From contig NC_042997.1 of assembly GCF_006345805.1 (NCBI RefSeq), positions 193,750,001 through 193,814,000 on the forward strand: DNA of 64,000 bases, in the 5' to 3' direction. This DNA is from Octopus sinensis. Lineage: Eukaryota. The position numbers were made by a program, and so were the translations under genes. Below are positions 35,610-47,759 of this stretch, in pieces (within the stretch, counting starts at the first letter, position 1; every line of letters begins with the position of its first letter). The notes under the pieces were generated by a model. That model saw nothing but the letters and a program-made list of their open reading frames with translations, was not told where the DNA came from and searched no databases.

Positions 35610-35898
35610 GTGAAAGCGCGTGGCTTAGTGGTTAGGGTATTCGGGTCACAGTCGTAAGGTCGTGTGTTCAATTCCAGGCGGCTCGTTGTCTCCTTGAGCA
35701 AGACACTTTATTTCACGCCACACCAGCCCACTCAGCTGGCAAAAATAAGTTGTACCTGTAAATCAAAAGACCAATTTTGTCACATTCTGTCATGCTACTT
35801 TTGTATCTGTGGAATACTCAACCACTTGCACGTTAATTTCACAAGCAGCTTGTTCCGTTGATCGAATCAACTCGTCGTCGCAACCAACGGAGAGCCAG
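35610..35898 (+). mobile_element. SINE D
   Basis: tRNA head, CORE-like segment and D 3' half. Confidence 0.82.
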
Positions 35899-35949
35899 GC
35901 ATAGTTGATACAGTCTAAAACCTAATCGTATCATTTCCATGGCTGTTGT

Positions 35950-36389
35950 TATTCTTCTTCTTCCAATCAGGACTCACGCCATTATCCACAAAGAATAATC
36001 TCTAATTCGAGCCTACTCTAAGCTACTAAGAATGCGTGTGGCAACTTGAAGATCCATCCACCACACGCGATAGACTGGCGGTTGCATGGGTGCGAAAGCT
36101 ACGTTGTTATCCATATTCTGTAAACGGTGGCTTTTAACGGGTGAAGAGCTGAACCATCCTGGGGTACAGAGGATTCGCAATCTAGACTAGGGTCTGAAAG
36201 TTTACCACACCATAGTGGGTTACACCATGGTTCCTCTGCTTTGGTAGGAAGAAAGAGTGAGAGAAAGTTGTGGTGAGGCTTAGGTGTTTTTGCTCAATAA
36301 ACACTCACATTGCTCGGTCTGGGAATCGAAACCGCGTTCTTATGACCGCGAGTCCACTGCCCTAACCACTGGGCCATTGCGCCTCCACT
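35950..36389 (-). mobile_element. SINE E (~440 bp, tRNA head, unique body, (GAA)n tail)
   Basis: Minus strand GTGGAGGCGCAATGGCCCAGTGGTTAG..GTTTCGATTCCC head, tail ..GATTGGAAGAAGAAGAATAA; 11-bp TSD ATGGCTGTTGT (35939-35949, 36390-36400). Confidence 0.8.
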
Positions 36390-36971
36390 ATGGCTGTTGT
36401 CGTTGTTGTTGTTGTTGTGGTGGTTACTGCTATGCTTTCTGATCAGTCAAACTTAAGACCAATAACATTCTAGTATTAAAGCATTTTATGTGTTTTCTAT
36501 AGCCAGTTTGTTGGACAGTTTTGTTTAGAATGGAACAAAAATAAGGTTAGAAGCAAAAATACACAATTAGTTTGATAGACACACATTTAAAAATGGTTTT
36601 GTTTCATTGATCCTTACAACTAACGGTCTTTTCAGTAACCGTTTGCATGCAATAACAAATTGCGGTATAAAATCATATTATTATAAAAATCGAAGAAAAC
36701 CTTAAATCAAAAATAGCTTATAAAGAAGGACAGAGCCTGAATACCCAGGGTAAATAATTAGCTGTAAAATATTAATCAATTGATAAATTAAAAGATATAT
36801 CCGTTTAAAAATTTTTACGCTAGATTACATTTAGCAGTATACAGACATACCTAACTATCTATAATGTACATATATGCACTAAACATACAGACGCAGGTAC
36901 ATGACTATATACATATACAGACATATATAGGTAAGACATAAATACATATACAAATGCATATATATGTATGC

Positions 36972-37213
36972 GTGGAGGCGCATGGCTTAGTGGTTAGGGT
37001 GTCAGTATCATGATCGTAAGATTGTGGTTTCAATTCCTGGACCGGGCGACGCGTTGTGTTCTTGAGCATAACACTTCATTTCACGTTGCTCCAGTCCACC
37101 CAGCCGGCAAAAATGAGTAACGCTGCAATGGACTGGCGTCCAGCTGGGTAACACATGCGCCATTGAAACCGGGAAACCGGGACCATGAGCCTGGCTAGGC
37201 TTTAAAAGGGCGA

Positions 37214-37225
<12 letters not shown>
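36972..37225 (+). mobile_element. SINE C full length
   Basis: Homologous to 8374-8637; (TTA)n tail. Confidence 0.9.
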
Positions 37226-37251
<26 letters not shown>

Positions 37252-37499
37252 GTATGCACGCACACAAAATTTCCTGGCGTATGCTTATATAAGTTAGTTG
37301 TTACAGGCGAAAGAAAGAGGAAAAAATCAGAAAATAGTAGGTGTGGGGGGGGGGAAATACCAGTGGAAAAGAAGAAAAAGAAATGAAAAAAGAGAAACAG
37401 AAAATTAGAGAGAAAGGAAAAAAGATATAGGGGTAGAGAGTGTTTCATGATGGCGCTCGAAAAGTATCTAAAGATGTTTGGATACTTCGTTTAGCTTGC

Positions 37500-37735
37500 G
37501 CAACGAACACGTAAAGAAACGCGAACTTAAAATTACATGTAAATCTACATAAATACAAACATCTCGCATCTCTGGTTCAAAGTATTTTTATCCTGGAACA
37601 GGATAAAGAACTTTTCCGAGAGGCAAAGATTACATTTCATAGGTCTTTCATAAGCTCCGTGTCTGTATGCTGATGCTTTTTCTAGAATTTCCCAGGTTAC
37701 ATTGAAAGGACAGGTGTCATTCTCTTTCAATTCCC
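37500..37735 (-). pseudogene. Penelope-like element C-terminal relic (end of the GIY-YIG endonuclease region)
   Basis: PFNVTWEILEKASAYRHG..CNLCLSEKFFIL..TLNQRCE matches the W.IL.KA..Y..CNLCL.EK..IL..LN.R.E signature. Confidence 0.72.
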
Positions 37736-38745
37736 AGACAGGCTAAACATAGAGGGGGCAAAGACAGACAAAGGGATTAAGTCGATTACATCGACCCCAG
37801 TACGTTACTGGCACTTATTTAGTCGACCGCGAAAGGATGAAAGGCTAAGTTGACCTCGGCGGAATTTTAACTTAGAACGAAATACCGGCAGACGAAATAC
37901 CTATTTCTTAGATCTTTTCCTTTTGAACGGCAGACAATTTCTAGTTAACTAAACACTTTAAAACTTCGTATACTGGTAGAATGTGTCAAAATAAAACATT
38001 TTTTTCTCTTGTCTTTCTTGAGAAAATATTAATTTGTTTGTTTAACGTAGTTTAATTTTTCGAATTTTAACCAATCCTATGCTCTCTTTTGAGCTAAAAT
38101 CCTTTGCTGCGTCTAAAACTGAGACAACATCCTGTCACTAACCCTCAACCTAACCCTAACCCTAAATTTTTTTTTCTTAATTGTCAAATTAATTTAATTG
38201 TTACGCGTGTAAAAAAAAAACGAAAGCAATGGAAAATAATTTAAACAATTAACAAACAAAATAATTCTATAATTTTATACACACGCTTTCCGTAACACAC
38301 GCTTTCCGTATACGTACGGAAAACGTGTGTATAAAATTATAGAATTATTTTGTTCGTTAATTGTTTAAATTATTTTCCTTTGCTTTCGTTTTTTTTACAC
38401 GCGTAACAAATTAATTTAACAATTAAGAAAAAAATTAGGGTTAGGGTTAGGGAGAGGTTTAGGGTTAGTGACAGGATGTTGTCTCAGTTTTAGACGCAGC
38501 AAATGATTTTAGTTGAATGGAGGTAATCAATTGGTTAAAATTGCCGAAATGCTCGGATTTTCAGACGAAATATCTTACAAACTATAGAATTTTCTCAATA
38601 AAGCCAAGAGAAAATGATGTTTTATAAACACATTCTACCAGTATACGAAGTTTAAAACTTTTTAGTTACCTAGAAATTACGTTACAAACTGCCGTTCAAA
38701 AGGAAAAGATCCTATTTCTTTACTACCCACAAGGGGCTAAACCTA
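37735..38745 (-). mobile_element. SINE A split by the foldback element
   Basis: A sequence at 37735-37909 resumes at 38712-38745. Confidence 0.8.
37911..38711. mobile_element. ~800-bp foldback/palindromic DNA element with (TTAGGG)n in both arms (MULE/foldback-like)
   Basis: Ends GATCTTTTCCTTTTGAACGGCAG / CTGCCGTTCAAAAGGAAAAGATC; the arms pair to a centre at ~38311; CCCTAA repeats 38138-38165, TTAGGG repeats 38435-38468; 9-bp TSD CTATTTCTT. Confidence 0.88.
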
Positions 38746-39167
38746 GTCACTTTGTTCGGGTAAAGCTTACTGAAATAAGTAAAAGATGCATTCATTTTTC
38801 TTTTGAACGAATAAAGCATTACAACAGTTCAGTTGGTAAAGTGGCAAACTCGCATAGCTTCGTGTCTGTTGCTTTCCTGTTGCAACATAAGAAATCACGT
38901 AACTTAACACTTCACAATTTCATGCCCAATCAAAAGCTAGTTGTGTATTTTGTTAAGACGTACGAGAAAAACAAACTGTAAATCCAAGCAATTACTAGTG
39001 ACACTTCTGTCAGTTTATTTTAGACAACTTTAGCTTAAAATCACACAGAAACAACATTGTATGAACATTTTTTTGAAATCACTTTCTCTCTTTTGTAATG
39101 TTTCTGGCTTCTTTACTTTATTAGCCAAATATCTTAAAGTTGGTGGAGCAATATGTTACTACGAGTT

Positions 39168-39386
39168 AAGGCGACGAGCTAGCTGAAACGTTAGCGCGCC
39201 GGGCGAAATGCCTAGCGGTATTTCGTCTGCCGCTACGTTGTGAGTTCAAATTCCGCCGAGGTCGACTTTGTCATTATTCCTTTCGGGGTCGATAAATTAA
39301 GTACCAGTTACGCACTGGGGTCGATATAATCGACTTAATCCGTTTGTCTGTCCTTGGGTGGGGGGCAAACACAGACACACAAACAT

Positions 39387-39436
<50 letters not shown>

Positions 39437-39575
39437 GACGGGCTTCTTTCAGTCTCCGTCTACCAAATCCACTCACAAGGCTTTGGTCGGCTCGAGGCTA
39501 GAGTAGATGACACTTGCCCAAGGTGCCACGCAGTGGGACTGAACCCGGAACCATGTGGTTGGTAAGCAAGCTACA
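39168..39575. mobile_element. SINE A (+, 39168-39355) abutting a SINE B 5' half (-, 39356-39575)
   Basis: Diagnostic segments of both families. Confidence 0.85.
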
Positions 39576-40221
39576 CATACACGCACACACAAATATACAT
39601 CTACGGCTGGCATCTATACAGATTCAGTTCACCAAATCCTTAAAGGATAGGATTTTTTATTATTTATTTCATCATTTTATAACTTATTCGGTGAGCAACA
39701 ACATCGTTTGTTACAAATTTCTGTTAGAAACTTGTAACAAACGACATCTTACGGTATTTCGACGGTAAGAGTAACACAGGATTGTTTATGCAACACGGGT
39801 GAAGCAAATGCTACACAAGGGATTTCCGTTTAAATGTGATGATTTATCGATTTTCTCACCCATGTTGACATCTTCAGCTGATTTACACCAATGAAATATA
39901 TATACATGCACACATATAAAGTAGATGGATATCCGTCGCTTTCATTGATGAGTATGCAATGTTTAATCAGCTGAACTAGTTTCTCATTGAATCAACGTGT
40001 GAAGTAGTTGAGTATACCGCAGAAACGTAATTTTCTGGCAAAACTAATATAATTGGGTTTATTTTTTACCCTTTGCATGTTTCAGTCACTGGACTGCGGC
40101 CATGACGGGGCAGCACCTTGAAGAATTTTTGTCGAATAAATCGACCCCAGTACTTCTTTATTGCTTAAGCCTGGTACTTATTCCGTCGGTCTCTTTTGCC
40201 GAACCGTTTAGTTACGGGGAC

Positions 40222-40513
40222 GTTGTACCCGTATTTCGAAGGGCCAGCTTTGTCACATTCTGTGTCACGCTGAATCCCCTTGAGAAGTACGTTAAGGCTA
40301 CGATTGCCTGTGGAGTGCTCAGCCACCTCTCTTTTACTCTCTTTTACTTGTTTCAGTCATTTGACTGTAGCCATGCTGGAGCACCGCCTTTAGTCGAGCA
40401 AATCGACCCCAGGACTTATTCTTGGTAAGCCTAGTACATATTCTATCGGTCTCTTTTGCCGAACCGTTGAGTTACGGGGATGTAAACATACCAACAACGG
40501 TTGTCAAGCGGTG
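40222..40513 (-). mobile_element. SINE B tail-SINE D chimera, same junction as 10066/10067
   Basis: Reverse complement of ~9890-10171, including the identical AAAAGAGAGTAAAAGAGAG|GTGGCTGAGCACTCCACAGGCAATCGTAGCC junction. Confidence 0.85.
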
Positions 40514-41415
40514 CCCATAGTAGAAAGAATTATTATTGCTCCAGGGAAAAAAAGCGGTGAACTGGTTGAATGGTTAGCAAGTCCAACGAAATGTTTTACA
40601 GCATATCTTCTGACACAGTTATGAGTTCAAATCCTGTTGAGGTCGACTTTGCCTTTTGTAGTTTCGGGGTCGATAAAATAAGTACCAGTTAATAACTGAG
40701 GTCGGTGTAGTCGACTAGCCCCGTTCTTTAAAACTTCAGGCCTTGTACCTATAGAAGAGAGAATTATTCCTGCTTTTGGGAAAGATTGCATATCCCAAAA
40801 TTTAGATTCCTTTTCTTCGAGGTAGTGAACATTCTCGCCTATATGAGAACTCACAATCTAGTGGACTTAAAGAAACCGTAGTGATTGATAGCAATGTTAT
40901 ATTGACTAGACGTTATTTAAACAACCGTTAAATGCTATGGTCAATTAAATGAAGTTATAAAATGGAGACTATAAAAACATGTTTTTAAAAAAATATTGTT
41001 CTGGTGAAAACAGACTTAATAAAAACACCATATTAAAAACATAAATATATGTTTTCAACTAAATGACAGGAATAATTAATGACCTGGCATATTAAAATGT
41101 TGTAGAAGAATGTAAAAAATTGAAAATGAAAAAAATACAAACAACTATAACCTATAAAAAAATATTGTTTCTTCATTGCAAAACTCTATAGACACATAGA
41201 CACTTGAATCTGGGCGTGCAATTAGTGGTATGTTTTGGCAAGTGTTAAGTCAATTTAGAAAATTATAATATATAAACTGAGTGATGCTACTGAGCTGTAA
41301 AAGGCGGAGAGCTGGCAGAATCGTTACTGCGCCGGAAAAGATGTCCGGTATTTTTTCTGGCTTTCTTTCGGGGTCGATAAGAATAAAGTAACAGTCAGGT
41401 ACTTTTTTTCTTCTT

Positions 41416-41633
41416 TTCTTTTACTTGGTTCAGTCATTTGACTGCGGTCATGCTGGAGCACCGCCTTTAGTCGAGCAAATCGACCGCATGACTTATTCTT
41501 TGTAAGCCTAGTACTTATTCTATCGGTGTCTTTTGCCGAACCGCTAAGACGTAAACACACCAGCATCGGTTGTCAAGCGATGTTGTGGGGGACAAACACA
41601 CACACACACACACATACATACACACACACACAC

Positions 41634-41699
<66 letters not shown>

Positions 41700-41884
41700 T
41701 ATATATACACATATATACGACGGGCTTTTTTCAGTTTCCGTCTACCAAATCCTCTCACAAGGCTTTGGTCAGCCCGAGGCTATAGTAGAATACCCTTGCC
41801 CAAGGTACTACGCAGTGGGACCGAACCCGGAACTATGTGGTTGGCAAGCAAGCGACTTACCACACTTCCGACACAGCCACTCCT
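41416..41884 (-). mobile_element. SINE B full length
   Basis: All B segments. Confidence 0.88.
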
Positions 41885-42155
41885 GGCATCGATGTAATCA
41901 ACTTACTCAAAAAAAAAAATGCTAGCCTTGTGTCAAAATTTGAAACAATATTGGTGAGCTGTGAGATTCAGGGGACTACATTCAAAATGTAGATAATTTT
42001 CTTGCCAAGGCTTACTAAGATGCACCCCAACCTTTTTTTTTTAGCTTTGTTTTCTATAAGAATGAGAGTATTAGAGAGCCGGGCAGATAGCATGTCGTAT
42101 TACTTACCGAAGATTTTGTATTTTGAGACCAGCGTTATGCTCTCCCTAAGGCAAT

Positions 42156-42416
42156 GTGGAGGCGCGTGGCTTAGTGGTTAGGGTGTCAGCATCATGATCG
42201 TAAGATTGTGGTTTCGATTCCTTGACCGGGCGACGCGTTGTGCTCTTGAGCAAAATGTGTCATTTCACGTTGCTCCAGTCCACTCAGCTGGCAAAAATGA
42301 GTAACGCTACAATGGACTGGCGTCCCGTCCAGATGGGGAACACATACGCCATTGAAACTGGGAAACCGGGCCCATGAGCCTGGCTAGGCTTTAAAAGAGC
42401 GCATTTATTTTATTTT
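42156..42416 (+). mobile_element. SINE C full length
   Basis: TSD TAAGGCAA. Confidence 0.9.
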
Positions 42417-42779
42417 TAAGGCAAGGCAATATATATCTATCGCTTAAATCTCCGAGTAAACCGCACTGTAAGACAAAGTAAGATGAGCTCACTGCCGTAA
42501 AACTACTTAGTACCGTGACAGCTCGTAGTACTCACCTCAAATCATACCTTGAAAAGACTGTACTTTGTTCATCTACGTTGTCCCCTACATACATTTTATA
42601 AAGACAAAGTCTTAAATGGTGGCCCTTACATTCAGTGGATTATGGGACTGACCATCGTTTAAGGGATTTGATAATTCTCCAAGTTATAATCGAGCCTGTT
42701 TTACTTTATTTCGTTGTATGACTTTATCTTTACTTCAAAAGACATAACACCACCTAAAATTGAGGTTAAGAAACTGTTA

Positions 42780-43205
42780 TATATTGCCAACTGTCCTCTC
42801 CGGAGCAGAAACCTAGACACTGAAGACAGTAATGAAGAACACAGAAGCCTTTGAAATGTGGTTCTTTCGCAGGTTGGATAGAATAGGCTGGTTTTCTAGT
42901 ACACTGCAGCACTGTGAAAGCTGAAAGTAAAAGTCCATGGACCTCATTGTCGAAAATCAACTCCAAAAAGCTATCATATTTGGGACATACAGTACGTCAC
43001 GAGTCACTGCCCAAGACCATCCTGACAGGAAGTGTGGATGAGAAGAGAACCAGAAGTCATCAAGAAGGTTTGTAGAACGGCGCCATCAAAGAATGGACCG
43101 GAAACAAAAATCTGGTTGGTTGTATGCATGCAGCAAAATAGGGATCTTAGAGCTTCTTAGCAAGAAGACTCCTGCTCATAGCGAGGGTACCTGGCTGATA
43201 ATGAC
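42780..43205 (+). pseudogene. RTE-clade LINE ORF2 C-terminal relic
   Basis: ..VLSGAET*TL..EAFEMWFFRRL.RIGW..KKLSYLGHTVRHESLPKTILTGSVD..IKEWTG, the typical RTE C-terminus. Confidence 0.75.
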
Positions 43206-43714
43206 GCTATAAGCAAAAAGCTAGGGAAGAATTTGTAACGTCCTCACATAACGTATCATCGTCCGTATTAATAATAATTAGAGAAAAAGATCCCTAGGAA
43301 AAAAATTACAGAGTAAAGTTTATGAGTTTGGATAAATTCGTACAACATAGGGAGCACAAAATATTAGGGCTTCAGGATAGTCTCTTAGTCTGAAAGAACA
43401 AAAATTATCAACCGTTAAAGCCTTATTTTCTCTCAGACGAAGGTTCTATCTCGAGACAAAATTTTTCTCTTCACTCCAAGACACACGGACTTATCCAAAC
43501 TTAGAAACTTCACAGATAGTTTATATTATCCTATTATTCAGTGCCTAATTATTGTATAGAACTTGTGAAAGTGATGGGGTATATTTAAGTATGGAATAAA
43601 TTATTTATAAATTTTAGAGAAATTTTGAAAATATAGAGACGTAGTGTTCCCCGTCACACGGTATTTTAAATTTGACGTCGATGTTACTTAGTTTGGTTTG
43701 AAATAACTTGATTA

Positions 43715-43745
43715 GCTTAATAATCCTGCCGGGTTATACTGCTAG
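43715..43745 (+). mobile_element. Isolated Helitron-type 3' terminus
   Basis: GCCGGGTTATACTGCTAG|T resembles the 3' ends of the Helitrons at 17161 and 22418; the 5' end was not located. Confidence 0.4.
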
Positions 43746-43948
43746 TTAAGAAATATTAATGCATCCTCCTCAGTCGTCTGTCGTTAATTACCCTCTCTCT
43801 CCCTCCCTCTCTCCCTCCCTCCCTCTTTCCCCCTCTCCCTCTCTCTCTCTATCTATCTATATATCTATCTCTTCCTTTCCCATTGCTTTCTCTTCCTCTA
43901 TCCCCATCCTCCCTTCTTCACTCACACAAATCACACGCTCAGAGTATA

Positions 43949-44343
43949 TTATTACCTCCGCCTTAACCAAGACAGAGATATATTTTCAGTCGTGTTTGTT
44001 TTGTTTGTTTGTCCGTGGACAAGATATCTCAAGAACCGCTGGATGAATTCGGATGAAACTTTCAGGAGTGTTTCGCCTCGTGATTGGCAGTAACTGATTA
44101 GAATTTGGGATCGATCCAATATCAGACAAGGATTCTGGATTATTTTTCTGTTTTTTTCTTTTTCTTTTTCTTTTTTGTTACTTAATTTTTGAGAGCGGTC
44201 GAGTTCATTTTTAGTATTCTTGTTTGTGAGAGCAGTCGAGTATATTTCAGATATTCTCATTTTAAAAAATCATCTCTGGCTAATCATTGAGAGGACATTG
44301 CTGTTGCATTGGCGGAAGTTCGCGCTCTCTGAGTGCTCTTGTT
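43949..44343 (+). mobile_element. Helentron-associated short element (HINE/DINE-1-like)
   Basis: 5' ATTACCTCCGCC subterminal repeat, (GTTT)n, core block, 3' GGCGGAAGT complement, GCGCTCTCTGAGTGC hairpin, TT end. Confidence 0.8.
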
Positions 44344-44599
44344 TATACTTGCTTCTCTTCCCCACCCCCATTACTTTTCTCTGTCCTTCAGTTATTTAAT
44401 ACATTACATCTCTAATTACTTCTCCTTATTGTAACTCCCTATCTTTCTTCCCACTTCCGTTTTCTCTCTTTATTACTTAGGCTACTTTCTTCTTATTTTT
44501 CCTTTTTACTCTTTCTAACTTTCACTTTCTGTTCGCTTCACAGCCTGTCTCACTAGTATGCTGACTGCTGGTCATTTCTCCATTCCTCCACTTCACGCA

Positions 44600-44605
44600 C
44601 TGTCA

Positions 44606-44662
<57 letters not shown>

Positions 44663-44724
44663 GCTAGCTAGCTAGCTAGCTAGCTAGCTATCCCTCCATC
44701 CCTCCATCTATCTATCTATCTATC
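44600..44724. repeat. (TCTA)n/(TAGC)n microsatellite
   Basis: Direct reading. Confidence 0.95.
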
Positions 44725-45812
44725 GGCACAAAGCCGCCTACCAAGACAACACCGCCAAACACAACACCACTACTACGACGTCAAATGCTACATCCAAGCC
44801 TTCTGCTGCTTACCGCCAACACCAACACCACTACCATGACTTCAATTAACACTGCCACAATTAACACTTCTACTGCCAAATTCAAAACGAATTTTGCGGA
44901 CGTAACAAAACAAAAAAGAACAATTGTAACATTCACCACACAAGAGATAAACCGCACAAAGGCACTCTTCTCCAAAGAAGGAGACAAATTGCACCTTCAT
45001 ATTCCACAACACATCGTGGAAAACACGCAAAAAAAAACAATAATTTATAAAGTAAAAACAAAAAAACAAGAAGAACAGAAAATGCACCGCAGGAAAAAAT
45101 CGATAAATGCCTTCGTCCTGTATGGGACTCCAAGGAATATATCAGTTGGGGAAACAAATTTGGTACAGTCCAAGTACGTTTCCTCAACGAAAGTTTAGCA
45201 AAACGTTTTTCCACTGGAGCTACATTCGGACGACTTGGTAATGATACCAGTCTATTTAAACAAAAGGGTCACGAAAGTCCAAATAAAAAACATACCATTT
45301 GATGTCGAAACACAATGGGTGGTCTCTGCCATCTGCTTTGAATGTCAGAGACAATGTCAGAGACAAACATCCTGGAAATCGCGGTTCTAGGAGAGAAAGA
45401 CTATGTGGGCAAATCAATCGAATTCCTGCTTCAATTGGATAAAGCAGCAAGAGAGAAGATACCCACCGTATAGAACTGCCAGGAGGCTACAAACTCTATA
45501 TAGTGGTAGAGGGCAGGCGACCACGCTGCTATTTGTGTGGAAGCGAAACACACTTGAAAAAGACGTGCCCAACCACTGCACACCAAGAGCAACAACAACA
45601 ACCACTACCACAACAAAGCACTCCGGAAAAAAAGCTCTCCCCCTTTTTTTTTTTTTTTAACCCCCTTTTTTTTGTCCTCTTTCTCTCCTTTTACGATCCT
45701 TTTGATCGAAACTCCCCCTTCTTTTTTTTTTTTTTTTAAACCTTCAAAAGAAAAGCTCTACCTTGTAATTTGTTCTATCTGTGTGCAGCCCTGTGTGGCT
45801 AATAAAGAAACA
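44725..45812 (+). mobile_element. ORF1-only Tx1/L1-like retroelement (HAL1-like), degraded
   Basis: Frameshifted ORF ..NFADVTKQKRT..IPVYLNKRVTKVQIKNIPFDV..IPTV-ELPGGYKLYIVVEGRRPRCYLCGSETHLKKTCP (CCHC knuckle), followed within ~250 bp by a 3' end homologous to 13450-13609; (TATC)n on both sides. Confidence 0.7.
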
Positions 45813-45914
45813 TATCTATCTATCTATCTATTTATCTATCTATCTAATCTACTTCTCTTTATATTTTCTTTCCTTCTCTGTCTCTGCTTGTCTCTCTATC
45901 TGTCTGTCTGTCTA

Positions 45915-45952
<38 letters not shown>

Positions 45953-46707
45953 ACTCACTCTCTCGCACTGTTTTCTACTTCCATATTTTTGAAACCTAAC
46001 ACAATGAGAGAATCTAGCGAACAAAAAAGTGACAAGCTTTTTACGTAAGATTTCTACATTCCACAATATATTGCAGTCTTAAACAACTTCTCATATAAAA
46101 CTGTAGATTTGTGGCGTAGTTTATCACCGGGAAAATTATTGCTTTCGGGAGGAACTGTCACATGAGACAAAGTACAATTTACTAAACAAAACAAAAAAAA
46201 AACAAAAAGAAAAGAAAATTGACAGACGATATTCGTTAACTCGCTGGAACGAATTAATCTATTTTGATTTTTACAGCCTAGGAAAACAACATATTGGGAA
46301 ATTGGAAGAAGACTTAGAGATAATTTGGCGTTAGAGAAGGAAGAAAAAATCAAGTTGATCAATCAAAATAATTATTATAAAAAGATAATTAAGACATAAG
46401 ATTTCACTGATAAAAGCTCTAATAGCTGATACATTGCCTCTGAGATTCTGCATTCTGTAAATTAGATATTTTAGTTTAAAAGTGCAATCTAAATAACCCC
46501 CCCGAATCTGTTATGGTTGTATATGATCTATGTTATTCTTGTCCATGTTAAAAAAAAAAAAAACACACACACAAAAAGAACAAAAACAAAAAACAACTCA
46601 AAAATCATACGATCGATTTCTCAGACAGCTCTGAAATATTTATTGAAATGAATGTAACCATTCGTAGTCTCTTTTTTCTTTCTTTCTTTCATCCGTTATT
46701 ATCACGA

Positions 46708-46709
46708 GT

Positions 46710-46759
<50 letters not shown>

Positions 46760-46767
46760 TATTATTA

Positions 46768-46841
<74 letters not shown>

Positions 46842-46901
46842 ATTATTATTATTATTGTTATTGTATTATTATTATTATTATTGTTATTATTATTATTGTT
46901 A

Positions 46902-46941
<40 letters not shown>

Positions 46942-46970
46942 GATTATTATTATTATCATCATTATTATTA
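46708..46970. repeat. (ATC)(ATT)(GTT)(ATT) compound microsatellite
   Basis: Direct reading. Confidence 0.95.
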
Positions 46971-47230
46971 TTGGCTTATTTATTTCTGTTGTGTTCAATG
47001 AACAGCAAAGTGTACTTTATTGGGTTGCTTCAACTGTAATTTCTCTGTGGTTTCCAAACTCGTCAACATTTTCATTTACATACATATCTACATAGAGAGA
47101 GTGTGTGCATGTATGTTTTAATGACTATGTAGGTATGTATGTAAATGAAAATCTCTCTCTCTCTCTGTCTCTTCTCAACACACACACACACACACAAGGT
47201 GTTCGAGTTTAATTTGACGATATTTTTATA

Positions 47231-47631
47231 CTCTTTACTCTCTTTTACTCTTTTACTTGTTTCAGTCATTTGAAACTGTGGCCATGCTTGAGCACCGCCT
47301 TTAGTCGAGAAAATCGACCCCAAGACTTATTCTTTGTAAGCCGAGTACTTACTCTATCGGTCTCTTTTGCCGAACCGCTAAGTTACGGGGACGTAAACAC
47401 ACCAGCATCGGGGGGGGGACAAACACAGACACATAAACATATACACACACATACATATATACATATATACGACGGGCTTCTTTCAGTTTCCGTCTACCAA
47501 ATCCACTCACAAGTCTTCGGTCGACCCGAGGCTATAGTAGAAGACACTTGACCAAGGTGCCATGCAGTGGGATTGAACGGAACCATGTCGTTCGTAAGCA
47601 AGCTACTTACCACACAGCCACTCCTACGCCT
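47231..47631 (-). mobile_element. SINE B full length
   Basis: All B segments. Confidence 0.9.
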
Positions 47632-47759
47632 ATGTCTCCTCTTTCCAAAAACAGTTTGATGTATTGGTGAACACTCAACAGCGTTGGGGAGCATAAAGAT
47701 TTAAGTTGTAGTTGGGAAAAAGTGAGCTCACGTGGAAGACTAGAAGGTTTCTGAAAATG

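Noticed and set aside
38138-38468. Telomere fusion scar (inverted TTAGGG blocks)
   Set aside because: The blocks are short, lie inside the arms of a TSD-flanked element and are explained by its palindromic structure.
46054-46362. 102-aa minus-strand ORF as an exon
   Set aside because: It spans a T-rich tract, and the candidate exon portion contains an in-frame stop before any good donor.
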